A stretch of DNA of 61,865 bases, filler included. It is 6 parts of 6 records of this genome, joined end to end, with 100 filler letters (N's around TTAATTAATTAA, not from the genome) between each part and the next. Parts side by side here need not be neighbours in the genome. Positions count along the whole stretch, not along the records: positions 40,892 to 47,633 come from SRR31156797_17402; positions 47,734 to 56,319 come from SRR31156797_17406; 4 more parts are not named here. One strand, 5' to 3'. Made by a program: the position numbers and the translations under genes. Positions 41,462-51,600 of this stretch are shown here, one piece after another. Each line of letters starts with the position of its first letter. Position 1 is the first letter of the stretch. The notes under the pieces were generated by a model. That model worked only from the letters and a program-made list of their open reading frames with translations, ran no database searches and was not told the DNA's origin.

Positions 41462-41489
41462 TTGACGGTGTATCATAATCTAATATAAT
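41462..41489 (+). promoter_or_regulatory. Near-consensus sigma70 promoter in the element left end
   Basis: TTGACG-16 nt-TATAAT upstream of tnpB. Confidence 0.65.
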
Positions 41490-41522
41490 CTATCCTTTAA
41501 TTAAAATAGGGGTAGCAGCAAA

Positions 41523-42656
41523 ATGTTGAAGGTCCACAAAATTAAACTTGATCCAAATGTAGATCAAAAAAAGTATTTTGCAAAGGCCTGCGGAGTCGCT
41601 CGCGTAGCCTATAATTGGGCTCTGTTCGAGTGGGAAAAGCAATACAAAGATGGTGAAAAGCCTTCTGAGATGGCTTTGAGAAAAAAGCTCAATTCTATCA
41701 AAAAAACAGAGTTTCCTTGGATGACGGAGGTCACCAAAAATGCCCCACAACAAGCCATTAAAAATCTTGGAACAGCTTACACCAATGCATTCCGTAGGAT
41801 GAAACAAGGAGAGAAAACCGGGTCTGAAAAAAATCCATATGGGTTTCCAAGACCTAAGCGAAAATTCATAAATGACAGTTTTCGTGCAGATAATGGACCA
41901 CAAAAAAAAGGCGCTGATACCGTTCCCATCAAGGGGAAAAAAATTAAACTCCCCAAGATTGGATGGGTGAGGATGAGAGAGTCTCTCCGCTTCACTGGTC
42001 AGATCAAATCCGTCACAATTTCACGACAAGCGGATAAGTGGTTTGCAGCAATATCGATTGAAACCGAAGACATTTCCCATCAACGAAAGGCTGAAAAGTC
42101 TTGTGGTATTGACTTGGGAGTAAAACATCTTGCGACTCTTTCCGACGGCACTAAGATCGAAGGAGCAAAGTCTCTGGAGGCTTTGTTGAAAAAGAAAAAA
42201 CGACTCCAACGAGAATTGTGTCGCCGCAAGAAAGGTTCCGAAAATCGGAGCAAGACAAAATTGAAGCTTGCAAAACGTGAGGCTCAAATCAGCAATGCTC
42301 GAAATGATGCTCACCACAAAGCTACTACAGAAATTGTGCTTAATAACCATACCATCGCAATGGAAGATCTCAATGTGAAAGGCATGGTAAAAAATCATAA
42401 GTTGGCAAGGCGGTTGACCGACCAGGCTTTTGGAGAATTTAAGCGTCAGATTGAATACAAAGCTGATTGGTATGGAAGCAGAGTTACCCAGGTGGATAGA
42501 TTCTTTCCATCAAGTAAAACATGTAATGCCTGCGGATACATAAAAGAAGATCTCAAGTTATCGGATCGGATATTTGTTTGTCCAGTATGCGACTACAAAG
42601 AAGATAGAGATGTGAATGCCGCCAAAAATATCAAAGATAATGCGGTGGCAGCATAA
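41523..42656 (+). CDS. tnpB: RNA-guided endonuclease TnpB
   Basis: N-terminal HTH (ARVAYNWAL), RuvC-I GIDLG, RuvC-II MEDLNV, PSSKTCNACG..CPVC zinc finger, RuvC-III DRDVNAAKNI; catalytic D/E/D intact. Confidence 0.95.
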   Translation: MLKVHKIKLDPNVDQKKYFAKACGVARVAYNWALFEWEKQYKDGEKPSEMALRKKLNSIKKTEFPWMTEVTKNAPQQAIKNLGTAYTNAFRRMKQGEKTGSEKNPYGFPRPKRKFINDSFRADNGPQKKGADTVPIKGKKIKLPKIGWVRMRESLRFTGQIKSVTISRQADKWFAAISIETEDISHQRKAEKSCGIDLGVKHLATLSDGTKIEGAKSLEALLKKKKRLQRELCRRKKGSENRSKTKLKLAKREAQISNARNDAHHKATTEIVLNNHTIAMEDLNVKGMVKNHKLARRLTDQAFGEFKRQIEYKADWYGSRVTQVDRFFPSSKTCNACGYIKEDLKLSDRIFVCPVCDYKEDRDVNAAKNIKDNAVAA

Positions 42657-42819
42657 ACGATATGTACCGTGAGTCCCATGGGATCTTAAGCCTGTGGAGA
42701 ACGTAGCTCTGGCTGGAAGATTCTTTCCAGTGAAACTACCTCTATGAAGCAGGAAGAAAAGGATAGATAATGTTGATTATCTTAGATTTTTCAGGACGGA
42801 TATAATGCCGACCGAATCT
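42640..42819 (+). ncRNA. Putative TnpB omega/reRNA scaffold plus ~20-nt guide
   Basis: Structured non-coding DNA 3' of tnpB: TACCGTGAG..GCCTGTGGAG, GTAG..CTGGAA-gattct-TTCCAG..CTAC stem, TGAAGCAGGAA; boundaries approximate. Confidence 0.65.
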
Positions 42820-43254
42820 TTACCGAAATCCCTGAAGACCTTTCATGATATCGGCTTTGAAGAGATTGATCACACAGCTGATTGCGCACTTCATATTTTC
42901 GGAAAAAACTTTTTAAAATTGCTTACAAATGCAGCGATCGGCATGACCAGCCTGATAGCCTTGGAGCCTTCCGCTATTCCTGATGATACAACGCGGCACC
43001 TTGAATTGGAGGCCATGGATGCCGAGAGCTTATTGGTAGAATGGTTGAGTGAACTGGCCTATTGGGCTGAAACGGAGATGCTCATATTTCACCGGTTTGA
43101 ACTCTACAAGGTGACACCGAATCATTTGCAGGCCGTTATACACGGTGGTCACGTATCCGGTTTTAAAAAGCATATAAAAGCAGTAACCTATCACAACCTG
43201 GAGGTTATCGAAACGGAAAAAGGCCTGGAGGCTACGGTGGTATTCGATGTATAA
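42805..43254 (+). CDS. Archease (RtcB activator)
   Basis: EEIDHTAD, LLVEWLSEL, IKAVTYH and C-terminal FDV motifs. Confidence 0.93.
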   Translation: MPTESLPKSLKTFHDIGFEEIDHTADCALHIFGKNFLKLLTNAAIGMTSLIALEPSAIPDDTTRHLELEAMDAESLLVEWLSELAYWAETEMLIFHRFELYKVTPNHLQAVIHGGHVSGFKKHIKAVTYHNLEVIETEKGLEATVVFDV

Positions 43255-43272
43255 TTATAAGGAAGGCCTAAG

Positions 43273-44724
43273 ATGATCAGTGACCATAATTTCAAGCAAA
43301 TTGACAAATACCTGTACGAAATTCCCAAAACATTTCGTGCCGACATGCGCGTTCCGGCCCGCTTTTACGCCGATCCGGAACTCCTGAAGGCCATACAGGG
43401 CGATAGAAGTCTGGAACAATTGGTCAATACAGCTACCCTTCCGGGAATTGTCAAATACGCACTGGCCATGCCCGACATTCACCAGGGCTATGGTTTTCCT
43501 ATCGGAGGGGTGGTCGCCACCCAATTGCCCGATGGGATTATTTCCCCCGGCGGTGTCGGCTACGATATCAACTGCGGCGTACGTTTGCTGGCAACTAAAA
43601 TGGAAAAAGAGGAAATAAACCCTTACCTGGATGATCTGGCCTCGGCGCTATACGCCAACTGTCCCAGTGGTGTCGGCAAAGCAGGTCATATAAAACTTCA
43701 GCCGGGTGAACTGGACGTTCTGGTGGAAAAAGGAGCGAACTGGGCATTTAAGCGTGGGTATGCCACCGAGTCTGACCTGGAACGCACTGAAGAGAATGGC
43801 TGTCTGGCGGGTGCTGACGCCGGCAAGATTAGTGACAGGGCCAAAAATCGAGGTAAAAACCAGGTCGGCACCCTGGGTTCAGGCAATCATTTTATTGAGG
43901 TCGATACGGTAGACCGGATTTACGACGAACCGACCGCCCGGCAGATGGGACTTTTCCCCAACCAGATAACCGTCCAGATCCATTGCGGCTCACGGGGGCT
44001 TGGGCATCAGATTTGCACGGACTATGTAAAACGCCTTCAAAAAGCGGTTCATCAATACGGCCTTATTTTGCCGGACCGGGAACTGGTTTGCGCACCGCTC
44101 AGCAGTCCCGAAGGACAAGATTACCTGGCAGCCATGAAAGCGGCAGCCAACTATGCTTTTGTCAACCGTCAGGTCCTGGCCTATCATATCCGTCGCAGCT
44201 TTGAACAGGTGCTGGCCGGTAAGGTAAAAAATTATCATATTTACCAAATTTACGACATTGCCCACAACATGGCCAAAGTTGAAGCGCATGAGGTGGACGG
44301 GCGCCGGATAAAGGTATGCGTTCACCGCAAGGGAGCAATACGCGCTTTTGGCCCCGGTTCCCCGGTTTTGCCTGGAATTTACCGTAACATCGGTCAACCG
44401 GTGCTGGTGCCCGGCACCATGGGAACCGCTAGTTGGGTGCTGGTGGGCACAAAAGAATCAATGACCCAAACCTTCGGGTCCATCTGCCACGGTGCCGGCA
44501 GAGTAATGAGCCGAAGCAAAGCAAAAAAAAACGTACGGGGAACCAAGCTGCGGGAAGAATTAGAGAAAAAAGGCATCCGCGTACGGGCCGGCAGCATGTC
44601 GGGCCTGGCCGAAGAAGCACCCATGGCATATAAAGACGTGGACCGGGTGATCCAGGTGGTTCACGGGACAGGCATTGCCAAAAAAGTTGCGCGATTGATT
44701 CCGTTGGCCGTCATCAAGGGATAG
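43273..44724 (+). CDS. rtcB: RNA ligase RtcB (archease-associated, archaeal-like type)
   Basis: [45 protein letters not shown] and EEAPMAYK motifs. Confidence 0.96.
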   Translation: MISDHNFKQIDKYLYEIPKTFRADMRVPARFYADPELLKAIQGDRSLEQLVNTATLPGIVKYALAMPDIHQGYGFPIGGVVATQLPDGIISPGGVGYDINCGVRLLATKMEKEEINPYLDDLASALYANCPSGVGKAGHIKLQPGELDVLVEKGANWAFKRGYATESDLERTEENGCLAGADAGKISDRAKNRGKNQVGTLGSGNHFIEVDTVDRIYDEPTARQMGLFPNQITVQIHCGSRGLGHQICTDYVKRLQKAVHQYGLILPDRELVCAPLSSPEGQDYLAAMKAAANYAFVNRQVLAYHIRRSFEQVLAGKVKNYHIYQIYDIAHNMAKVEAHEVDGRRIKVCVHRKGAIRAFGPGSPVLPGIYRNIGQPVLVPGTMGTASWVLVGTKESMTQTFGSICHGAGRVMSRSKAKKNVRGTKLREELEKKGIRVRAGSMSGLAEEAPMAYKDVDRVIQVVHGTGIAKKVARLIPLAVIKG

Positions 44725-44739
44725 TCGGAGGTCGAGATT

Positions 44740-45804
44740 ATGTTGCATATAGACGGCTCCTACAGAGAAGGCGGCGGACAGATCATACGAACCGCGCTGG
44801 CCCTTTCCGCTCTGACCCGAATACCTTTCAGAGCGGAAAAAATCAGACAAAACAGACCTAATCCGGGGCTCAAACACCAGCATCTGTGCTGTATCAATGC
44901 CCTTGAGAAGTTATCCGATGCACGGGTGAAAGGCGTACAACTGGGTTCATCGGCCATTGAATTTGTTCCCGGCAAAACGACCCCCGGTACATTACGGCTC
45001 GATATCGGTACAGCCGGTTCCATTACTCTGCTGCTTCAATCTCTGCTGCTTCCAAGCATGTTTGCCGATAACAAGGTTCAGCTCAAAATCAAAGGGGGTA
45101 CGGATACCAAATGGAGCATGCCTATAGATTATTTTACTCATGTCATACTGGACCATTTCAAGGATTTTGCGTCGATAAAGATTAAGGCCCAAAAAAGAGG
45201 ATATTACCCTAGAGGCCAAGGTTTTCTGGAACTAAGCATCATTCCCGTATTTCATATTAATAATTTTAAAAATACAGATGAGTTTATTTCACACTTACGA
45301 ACATCGGTTAAGCGGATTAATCTTACGGAAAAGGTTCCCTTGTTTCAGATCAGAGGAATATCTTCGGCATCCCAAATATTGAAATCCGCCGATGTTGCAA
45401 AACGCCAGGCTGCCGCTGCAAAAGAAAAAATCGGCCGCTTTTACCCGGTAAATATTGAGGAAGAGTATGAAAAGACAGCTTCTATCGGCACGGTTATAAC
45501 CCTGTGGGCAGTTTGTAAACAGGGAAAGGTTGCCATAGGAGCCGATGCACTGGGTGAAAGGGGAAAGCGTGCGGAAACGGTGGGCGCAACCGCAGCGGAA
45601 AAACTCCTTGGGGTTCTGAATTCAGATGCTGTTGCAGACAGCCATCTTGTGGACAATGTTATTCCGTTGCTCGCACTGGTGGGTGGAAAAATAAAAACGG
45701 AAATAATAACCGAACACATACGCTCCAATATTTATGTCTGTGAGACGTTTCTTGGCACCCGGTTCAAGGTTGATAAAAAACAGAATCTTATTGAAGCAGA
45801 ATAA
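44740..45804 (+). CDS. rtcA: RNA 3'-terminal phosphate cyclase
   Basis: IDGS..EGGGQIIRT, RPNPGL..QH, GGTD, RGYYPRG motifs and the His-containing DSHLVD motif. Confidence 0.93.
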   Translation: MLHIDGSYREGGGQIIRTALALSALTRIPFRAEKIRQNRPNPGLKHQHLCCINALEKLSDARVKGVQLGSSAIEFVPGKTTPGTLRLDIGTAGSITLLLQSLLLPSMFADNKVQLKIKGGTDTKWSMPIDYFTHVILDHFKDFASIKIKAQKRGYYPRGQGFLELSIIPVFHINNFKNTDEFISHLRTSVKRINLTEKVPLFQIRGISSASQILKSADVAKRQAAAAKEKIGRFYPVNIEEEYEKTASIGTVITLWAVCKQGKVAIGADALGERGKRAETVGATAAEKLLGVLNSDAVADSHLVDNVIPLLALVGGKIKTEIITEHIRSNIYVCETFLGTRFKVDKKQNLIEAE

Positions 45805-46100
45805 TGAATGGAAGAGCACAAACCATCAGACAGGAAATTATAAATCTCCTTGAAAGCGGTCCTATGACGGTACGGGATATTTCCCAATCCGTTGGTGTTA
45901 TGGAAAAGGATGTTTTCCATCATTTAGAATTCATAGATAAAACCGTTCGGACCCAAAAGAAAAGAATACGGATGGAACCTTACTGCTGTCTGAATTGCGG
46001 ATTCGAATTTAAAAACAGGAAAAGATTCAAAAAGCCTGGTAAATGCCCTTCTTGCAGAAATGGTAGGATCGCGCCAGCTGTTTTTTGGATTGCGCCTTAA
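45804..46100 (+). CDS. HTH plus Zn-ribbon putative transcriptional regulator
   Basis: TIRQEIINLL..MTVRDISQ HTH; CLNCGFEF...PGKCPSC; TAATG coupling to rtcA. Confidence 0.85.
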   Translation: MNGRAQTIRQEIINLLESGPMTVRDISQSVGVMEKDVFHHLEFIDKTVRTQKKRIRMEPYCCLNCGFEFKNRKRFKKPGKCPSCRNGRIAPAVFWIAP

Positions 46101-46162
46101 GTTTATCGGGTAAAGGCGTTTCTCTTCACCTATGACGAGCAAGAGAAGGAGGTATCTTTTTT

Positions 46163-47200
46163 GTGAATGACCGATTGAATCCCGATAGAGCCAGTGCCCG
46201 CTGTCCTTTTGCGTCATACACAGCAGCAGATTTGCCGATTGATGAGGATGGGCGAACGTACCACCTTCAGATCAAACCGGGGCAAATGGCCCCCAATATC
46301 CTATTGGTCGGGGATCCTGGACGTGCTGAGTTCATTGGTTCAACATTATTGCGTGATATAGAGGTTGAGCACGAGCATCGGGGAATCGTGACTGTAACCG
46401 GAACCTCAGAAATCACAGGAGGGCGGGCAACGATCATTTCGCCGGTGAAAACCACCGTAACGACATCCGGGATCGGAACGCCTTCCCTTGAGATCGTTGT
46501 GAATGAGTTGGTTGCGCTGAACGAAATTAATTTCGAGACACGAACGCACAAGCGCGATTTTCCACGGCTTCATATCATAAGAGTGGGCACTTCCGGTGGA
46601 CTTCAGGCATCAACAAAGATCGGTACCCCAATCATCACCTCTTATGCCATTGGTATGGACAATACAGGCTTGTTCTATGAGGCACCCTATCCAGACGAAA
46701 TATGCGAGCGACTCGAACAGGAGCTCGGTCATGTTGTTAGAATCTCTATGAGCATAGGATCTCGATTTCACGGGAGAATCCACCCATATGTCTCTCGCGC
46801 TGAGCCGACCATTGTCGATGCTCTATTGGAGGCTTCGGCGAGCCTTGGCGTTCCGGCTAAACTCGGTTTGACGGTCTCAACCAGTGGCTTTTACGCCCCC
46901 CAAGGCCGTGACATCGCTCGAGTGAAGTCTGTCATTCCGGAAATAGACAGAGTCTTTTCCGAATACGACCCGATGGTGGGTGGCCAACGTATCGAAAACA
47001 TGGAGATGGAAACGAGCTTCCTGATCCACTTTCTTGGCGCGCTCGGGTACTGGGCCGGCGCAATCTGCACGACTATCAATAATCGGCGAGAGAACACATT
47101 TGACCACCATTACCAAGAGGCCGTCAAGAATTCGACCAAGGTGGCACTTTTGGCATTGGCTACCATTAGACGTCGTGATCCTGATTTAAAAACAGGTTGA
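46163..47200 (+). CDS. Nucleoside phosphorylase (uridine phosphorylase / PNP_UDP_1 family)
   Basis: YHL, LVGDPGRA, GIGTPS, IRVGTSG, GFYAPQGR and NMEMET motifs. Confidence 0.88.
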   Translation: MNDRLNPDRASARCPFASYTAADLPIDEDGRTYHLQIKPGQMAPNILLVGDPGRAEFIGSTLLRDIEVEHEHRGIVTVTGTSEITGGRATIISPVKTTVTTSGIGTPSLEIVVNELVALNEINFETRTHKRDFPRLHIIRVGTSGGLQASTKIGTPIITSYAIGMDNTGLFYEAPYPDEICERLEQELGHVVRISMSIGSRFHGRIHPYVSRAEPTIVDALLEASASLGVPAKLGLTVSTSGFYAPQGRDIARVKSVIPEIDRVFSEYDPMVGGQRIENMEMETSFLIHFLGALGYWAGAICTTINNRRENTFDHHYQEAVKNSTKVALLALATIRRRDPDLKTG

Positions 47201-47486
47201 CCGTGAGTACCCCGGCCCCAAGTTTATCTTGACGTTGATCACCTGTGATTTATCGTTAATTACATAAGAAACTAACAATCCTTCCTGATTCAGACCCCCT
47301 TGATACCTAACGATGACACAGCAAGCTAATATAATGCTAATAATTTTGACACATAATGATTTGTTATGCTAATTTGAGGCAAAATTTACTGTTTTCGATA
47401 CAGGTAAACAAAATTATCTTGAAGTGCTCTGAGGTAAGTTGTTAAAATTAAAGATGTTTTCTTGAACATAAATATCTGGAGATGAG

Positions 47487-47633
47487 TTGTTGTCTTTAAA
47501 AAATATCAGCATAGGTAAAAAAATTGGTGGAAGCTTTGGTCTTGTATTGATCCTTTTCATTAGTGTCTCTTTGACATCATGGTGGGGGATTGATCATATG
47601 GTTGACGGATTTATCCGCTACCGTGGTCTGGCA
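47487..47633 (+). CDS. N-terminus of a probable methyl-accepting chemotaxis protein (truncated)
   Basis: LKNISIGKKIGGSFGLVLILF is a typical MCP TM1 start. Confidence 0.6.
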
Positions 47634-47733
47634 NNNNNNNNNNNNNNNNNNNNNNNNNNNNNNNNNNNNNNNNNNNNTTAATTAATTAANNNNNNNNNNN
47701 NNNNNNNNNNNNNNNNNNNNNNNNNNNNNNNNN
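47634..47733. other. Artificial contig spacer
   Basis: N44-TTAATTAATTAA-N44. Confidence 0.98.
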
Positions 47734-48456
47734 ATCTCTATCATATTCAGAATGTCCACTAACGAATATTTGTTTTCTATCTTTTGTTGCAACTATATAA
47801 ACTCCCGCTTCTTCTGATTCAGAAAGTATTTCAAGTTCATCGATTTTTTCAATATCCTCTTTTTTAACATTTGTATGTCTTGAATGAGGTGCATAAAATA
47901 AATCATCAAAACCTCTAAGAATTTTATTTTTTTTATTAGTTATTGTATGTTTAAATACTCCAAATTGTTTTTTAGGAAGTTTATACTTCTGAATCCCATA
48001 GTGATAATATAAACCAGCTTGAGCACTCCAGCAAATGTGAAAAGTTGAAGTAATGTTTGTTTTGGAAAACTCCATAATCTCTTCAAGTTCTTTCCAATAT
48101 TCAACTTCTTCAAACTCCATCATCTCTACAGGTGCTCCTGTCATAATCATTCCATCATAATGATGCGATTTTATATCGTCAAAAGTTTTATAGAAACTAT
48201 CTAAATGATCCACACAAGTATTTTTTGATTTATAACTAGCTGTATTTAGAAGTGTTATTTCAGTCTGTAATGGGGTATTTCCTAGTAACCTAAGAAGCTG
48301 TGCTTCAGTTTCTAATTTTGTTGGCATTAAATTTAATATTACTATTTTGAGTGGTCTAATATCTTGATGAATTGACCTTTCTTTTGTCATTACAAATATA
48401 TTCTCATTTAATAATATATCGTGAGCTGGTAAAGACTTTGGTATTACTATTGGCAT
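47734..48456 (-). CDS. metA: Homoserine O-acyltransferase MetA, 3' truncated (probably acetyltransferase: Glu in GAPVE)
   Basis: MPIVIP start at ATG 48456; QDIRPL, LNLMP, TGAPVE, ICWSAQA, PHSRH and GHSEYD motifs. Confidence 0.95.
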
Positions 48457-48605
48457 AAAATCACCTTGTATAATGAACTTGTAGTTAAACTGCAAGTTTA
48501 TTCCTTTCTATCATTAATATAGACTCATGGTTTGGTTTCATTATCTACAGTCTAACTGATTAATTAAGACGTCAACCACAATTTCATGTTTTTAATTAAC
48601 TGAGA

Positions 48606-51600
48606 TTAAAAGAATCCAACATCTTTACCATACTTTAACATTTTCGCAATATCTTCTGCTTTCGGTTTTTCCCATTCAAATTTTAAACGTTCTAAGACTT
48701 TATTTGTTCGACATGATTTTAGTGCTACTGTTGAACTTTTTGATAACTCCATCATATTTAAAAGGATATTTTCAACGTTCACTTGCAAATCACTACATTC
48801 ATGATGTTCCTTTAAAAAGTCAAAATATTCATCAATTTCAAGTAACTCAATATTTTCTCCAGAATCGGCTAAATGTTTTCCTAATCGATACATTGATACA
48901 TTATGCGGATTATAAACATGCATTACTTCATTGTCCATTTTTCCTTCTGAAATCAATAGAACGATTGCTTTACTTACAAAATCAATGTATGATAACTCAA
49001 ATGAAAACTCAAGGGATTTGTTTTTAGCTTTTGGAATTTTTCCAGTTGCCAGCATATCTTTAACTTTTGAATAAAAAGCATTTTCTTCAATGTTTTCTTG
49101 GAATTTCCCGCTTTTAGAATTAAAGACTAAATTTCCTACTCTCAAAATATTTGCATTAACTCCATCACCTCTAGCATCTTCACATAATTTTTCAGCTTCG
49201 AGTTTTGTCTTGATATAAAAGTTATTAATTTCTTGACCTTCATCTAGTGAAGTTTCGCTATATACTAGATAGTCTTTTTTAGGAATTGTACCGGATGCGA
49301 CACTTTTCGTTGAAATTTGGAAAAAATCAATGTTGGTATTTCTTTTGCAAAGCTCAAGCAGATTTTCTACACCTTTTACATTAACAGCATGAAAATCTTT
49401 ATATCTTCCATAGTGTTTTACATTTGCAGCAGAATTAATTATGCAATCAATATCTTTAATTAATTCTAAAGATTTTTCATCTAAACCAAGATTATCTTTG
49501 CTTATATCACCAGCCAAAACAGTTACACGGTTTTGACCAATTTCATGCTTATACTCATCTTCGAAATAGAATTTCATTTTATCAATTATTCTTTTTTTTG
49601 CTTCTTCCAGAGTATTTCCTCTTATAATTACATAGATATGAGCATTAGTTCGCTTTATTAAATCATATAATAAATGTGCGCCAAGATAACCGGTAGCTCC
49701 TGTTAACAGCACATTGTTATGAATCCTTTCAGTAGCTGTATTTCTGTTTTCAATATAATCTGTCATATCTTTCTCATATTTGTGAAATTCCTTTTCTAAT
49801 AACTCCTCCACATAATTTTTTTGTTTTTCACATTCATGTTTATAGAATAAATCCTTGAGTACTGAAATATTTTTTTCAAGACTTTTTTTATCGCCTCTTA
49901 TTTTTTCAGCTAATTTCATAACAGTTTTTTGTTCAAACATGTCAGTTGCTGAAATATTGAAATTTTTACTTAATCTTCCAACGACTCTAATTGCATCAAG
50001 GGAATCTCCTCCTAAAACGAAGAAATCACTATTTCTATCTATATCGTCTCTTTCAAGTACATCTTTCCAGATCATGATAATTTCATTTTCTATAATTGAA
50101 CCAGTTAAATTCTCACTGGTAATTGTTGCATTATTTTCGATAACAGGTAGAGCTTTTCGATCAATTTTACCACTAATTGTAAATGGCATCTTGTCTAAAA
50201 ATATGTATTGTTGTGGAATCATATAATCTGGGAGAACTTTACTTAATTTTCTTCTGATTCTACTAATTTCGTATTCTTCTCCTGTATAATACGCTGCTAA
50301 AAATTTGTCTCCACGATCATTTTCTCTATCAATTACCGTAACAAGTTCAATACCGTTTAATTCAGATAATCGGCTTTCTATTTCACCAAGTTCAATTCTA
50401 AACCCTCTTATTTTAACTTGGAAATCAATTCTTCCTAAGTAATCAATATTTCCAGTTTTTTCCCATTTAGCTAAATCACCAGTTTTATACATTAAAGAAT
50501 TATCGAAAAATGATGATTTGATAAATTTTTCAGCAGTTAGGTCTGGTCTATTTAGATATCCTAATGCAAGACCTTCTCCAAGAATACATAACTCACCAGG
50601 GAAGTCTATAGGTGCAAGATGGCCATATTTATCAACAATAACTGCCTTAGAATTAAAAATAGGTGTTCCAATTGGTAAAGGTTTTTGAACATCGTCTTTT
50701 GAGGTAAAAGAATATGCTGTTGAAATATCTGTACACTCAGTAGGACCATAGATATTACTCATTATAAAATCTTTGTTTGCGTATTGTAGAAAATCTTGAA
50801 TTTTATGATAATCTAACTTTTCTCCACCTGTTAAAACATTTTTAAAGCTATTTAAGTGCTGATAGTTATCTCTTTTATCGTGTTCAAGCATAGCATAAAA
50901 TAACGAAGGAACACAATTTAAAATAGTTGCCTCATTTCTATAAACAAGTCTAACAAGAGTATTCATATCTAGAATATCATCATGTGCAAGTAATAATCTT
51001 CCTCCTGAAACTAAAGGTGAATAAATATTTTTAACAGAAGCATCAAATGAACTTGAAATCGCTAATAAAACTGCACTAGAACTATTAATATTAGCATATT
51101 CGCAATACCATTTCACTAGATTCAAAAAACTATTGTGAGCTATTTGTACTCCTTTTGGATTTCCAGTTGATCCAGAAGTATAAATTGTATAACAAGGGTT
51201 ATTTAAATTGTTTGAAATATTTAGATTAACTGTACTTAAATTACTATTTTCTATTTCATTTACAGCTATACACTTAATAGCTGGATTACACAATTGAGGT
51301 AGTTTAGTTAATACTAGTTGAGCACTAGAATCTTCTAAAATAAAATTAATTCTATCTTTTGGCGTTTTAGGGTCAATAGGAAGATAGGCTCCTCCAGCTT
51401 TGTGAATTGCTAAAATTCCAATAATCATTTCAAAGGATCTTTTATATAAAATGGGAACTAGTTCACCAGTTTTTAGTCCTTGAATTTTTAATAAATGTGC
51501 TAATTGATTTGATTTTTCATTTAATTCTTTATAAGTTAAATGGTCATCATCATAAATAACAGCAGTGTTCTCAGGAGATTTTTCAGCTTGAATTTCAAAT

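Larger units (their letters stand above)
41447..42799 (+). mobile_element. Non-autonomous IS607-like element carrying tnpB only
   Basis: GG at both inferred ends (AAAAGGGG at 41441-41448; CAGGACGG ending 42799); subterminal ATCTATCCTT (left) and AAGGATAGAT (right) inverted match plus GATTAT/TAGATT short repeats; no tnpA. Left boundary uncertain by 1-3 nt. Confidence 0.7.

Noticed and set aside
41403-41522. Group I intron (IStron) in the tnpB element
   Set aside because: Only about 75 nt lie between the inferred left end and tnpB, too short for an intron core
41523-42656. TnpB as a Cas12f effector or a nuclease-dead TldR repressor
   Set aside because: No CRISPR array nearby, all three RuvC acidic residues are present, and transposon-like ends flank it
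47370-47450. c-di-GMP-I riboswitch upstream of the MCP-like gene (GGCAAA seed)
   Set aside because: The GAAA tetraloop stem and the downstream GCAAAG/second-stem consensus are not recognisable
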